From Felis catus (Eukaryota): DNA of 64,000 bases. The DNA is taken from the NCBI RefSeq assembly GCF_018350175.1, contig NC_058382.1, forward strand, positions 49,106,001 to 49,170,000. The letters run 5' to 3'. Below the pieces are notes generated by a model, which did not search any database, was not told where the DNA came from, and worked only from the letters and a program-made list of their open reading frames with translations. Position numbers and translations under genes: made by a program. Position 1 is the stretch's first letter. Each line of letters starts with the position of its first letter. Positions 62,114 to 64,000 of the stretch are shown here, one piece after another.

Positions 62114-64000
62114 ATTAACATTAAAACATAAAGCACAAACATTAAAACACAGAACATGAACAGAGATCCCACTACCCTGTTTGTCACAGCAGGTACAAGG
62201 ATATATGCCAATAAGATATTTGGAGTCTGCTTAACTCCAAACCCTCATATGGGAAACCTCCCTTAGAGACAGGGGGGAGGGAACATGTCGGGGCAGAGCC
62301 TGCTGCAGCACAGGAGACCAGAGCCTGGGACTACATGATCTCCTGCTGGATGAGGGATGCAAGGGTAGGATGGCTGGGGGCAAGGTCTTTTCTTTTAAAG
62401 AAACCAGTTGAAGTTACATAAATTTCTCTCTAAAATGTCCAAATTTACTGGAGGAATGCAAGAATTGGCAAGACATGAGATTCACCCAACTTCCCTCGTA
62501 GTTAAGTCCCTTGGTTCCTCTGCGTGGCGGAATCAATCAGCATCCGCCTTGGTCAAATCCTAACCCTACCGTGGGATTTGTCTCTGCCAAAGACAAAGGC
62601 AGCCAGGGCCAACTGCATCCTCTCTGATGACCTGCTGAAACCAGATGAGTCCTGCTTTTTAATCCAAATCCCTTTCTGCCACTGATGCTCTAGGTCTGGG
62701 CCGTCATTCTGAATCATCAACATATTGAAAGGAGTATCTCCTCTGAGAAAGAGCCTGGCTCTTTCCCAGGCTCTGGAAACTGGCTTTTTGAAAGATGTCC
62801 TAAAACAGAAGGAGGCCACTCTTTAGAAGGCACAACAGGAACTTGAAACTCTGGGGTATCTGTGGCAATAACCCTCTGCTGGTGAGAAATGCTAGAAACC
62901 GCGCAGGAGTTGTCGGTCAGAACTATTTTAAAATAAAAATAATAACGCTTCTAGAGCAATTATTTTAAAAAGTCACACTGTTGGCCATCCTGCTTCCAAG
63001 AACGGGGCACTGACCGCCCACACCCTGGGCGCGTTCTATTGTAGACTGCGGTTTAGCAGAGCAGCCGTAGGCGAGGCAAACAGATACAAACGGAAGCCTT
63101 TCCCCCTACTGGAGAAAAGTGAAGTTCGCAATGTTGGACAATCCACGGCTGGAACAAAAGCTGATGGGCTTCTCCCTGCAATCCGCACAGGTCTCCAACC
63201 ACTCTTATCTTCCTGAGAATATTTCACTGACAAGAGTCTTTAAAAAGGCTAGAAGGGAGGCATATCAGAGGAAGCTGAAGTCACACACCAGTTTCACACG
63301 CGGAAGGCTTTAGCTTCTGTTCCCAGCAGTGGTCTCAGCAGCTTCTCTTTTGCAAGCCTGTCTTGCTTAGCCCCTCTCCCTTGACCTCTTTTACGGGGAG
63401 AGAATCAAACAAGAGCTGTGACATGTTGCTCATGTTTTCCTGGTAAGAGGGAAAAGGAGGGGTCTTCAGAGCACTGGTTTATGTAAAATCAATCCGGAGG
63501 TCCTCAGACAGCAAGAAAAAAGGAGGCTTCCCCACTGCTCCAACAACCGGTCTCTTCTCTCGGCTCCCACGATGTGATGAACCTAATGTACTCAGCATTC
63601 CGAGAGGGTCCACAGCGCATCAGCTGCCTCCATCACTGGGCCTGCCAATATCCCAGCACCGCACACCTGGAATGTATCTGCTGCTGCCACAAAGTAGACC
63701 AGATGCGCTCGACCTCACACTTCTGCGGGGATGAGACCAAGTTGCTGAAAGGCTGTCAACACGCCAGGTCAGAAATGGATCAAATTCTTCACCAGGTTGT
63801 ACAGTGCCCTCTTGTGTTCAACTGAAGACTCTTCTGCATCCACGCAACATGGAAATGGTCAGTCTCTTCTGGGACGTTAGCATCCATTCCTGAGTTCGAG
63901 TGACAAGACCACTTAGGTGGGTGTCACACCCTCCAGAAAATGCTTGCTGCACACTCGTTCTAAATGACTGCTGGGAGGATACTCTCTGAGGTCCAGTAGA
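62080..64000 (-). other. RFWD3: Terminal exon/3' UTR of the neighbouring minus-strand gene, probably RFWD3 (coding part outside window)
   Basis: Repeat-free sequence ending (minus strand) in a U-rich tract, then AATAAA (62108-62103), then a GU/U-rich downstream element. RFWD3 lies immediately upstream of GLG1 on the same strand in mammals. Identity is inferred from synteny; no coding sequence was seen. Confidence 0.6.

Noticed and set aside
63574..63825. Short ORFs in 59.8-64 kb as RFWD3 coding exons
   Set aside because: None resembles the RING or WD40 sequence; the region is better explained as UTR or intergenic DNA.

Overview
Mammalian, felid-type genomic DNA (dense tRNA-derived carnivore SINEs including the youngest cat-type subfamily, and felid L1 3' ends). 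The only protein-coding exon I can support is exon 1 of GLG1 (Golgi glycoprotein 1/ESL-1; minus strand, CDS 43650-43210) in a CpG-island promoter. Bases 1-43209 are part of its very long first intron; I could not find exon 2 in the window. Upstream (higher coordinates) is a repeat-rich intergenic region with a decayed two-LTR ERV-L (LTR16A-like) provirus at about 53644-59314. Beyond it lies the poly(A) end/3' UTR of another minus-strand gene, probably RFWD3 by synteny. An old RPL36 processed pseudogene lies in the intron. I found no convincing novel biological system. The best leads are a local A/T-to-G/C substitution burst in one L1 copy, a locally templated insertion inside an MLT1A LTR, twin (GGAA)16 microsatellites in GLG1 intron 1, the ERV-L relic with a candidate downstream exon, a head-to-head SINE hairpin and signs of a bidirectional promoter. 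Repeat family names come from recalled consensus sequences, repeat boundaries are approximate, and counts were made by eye.
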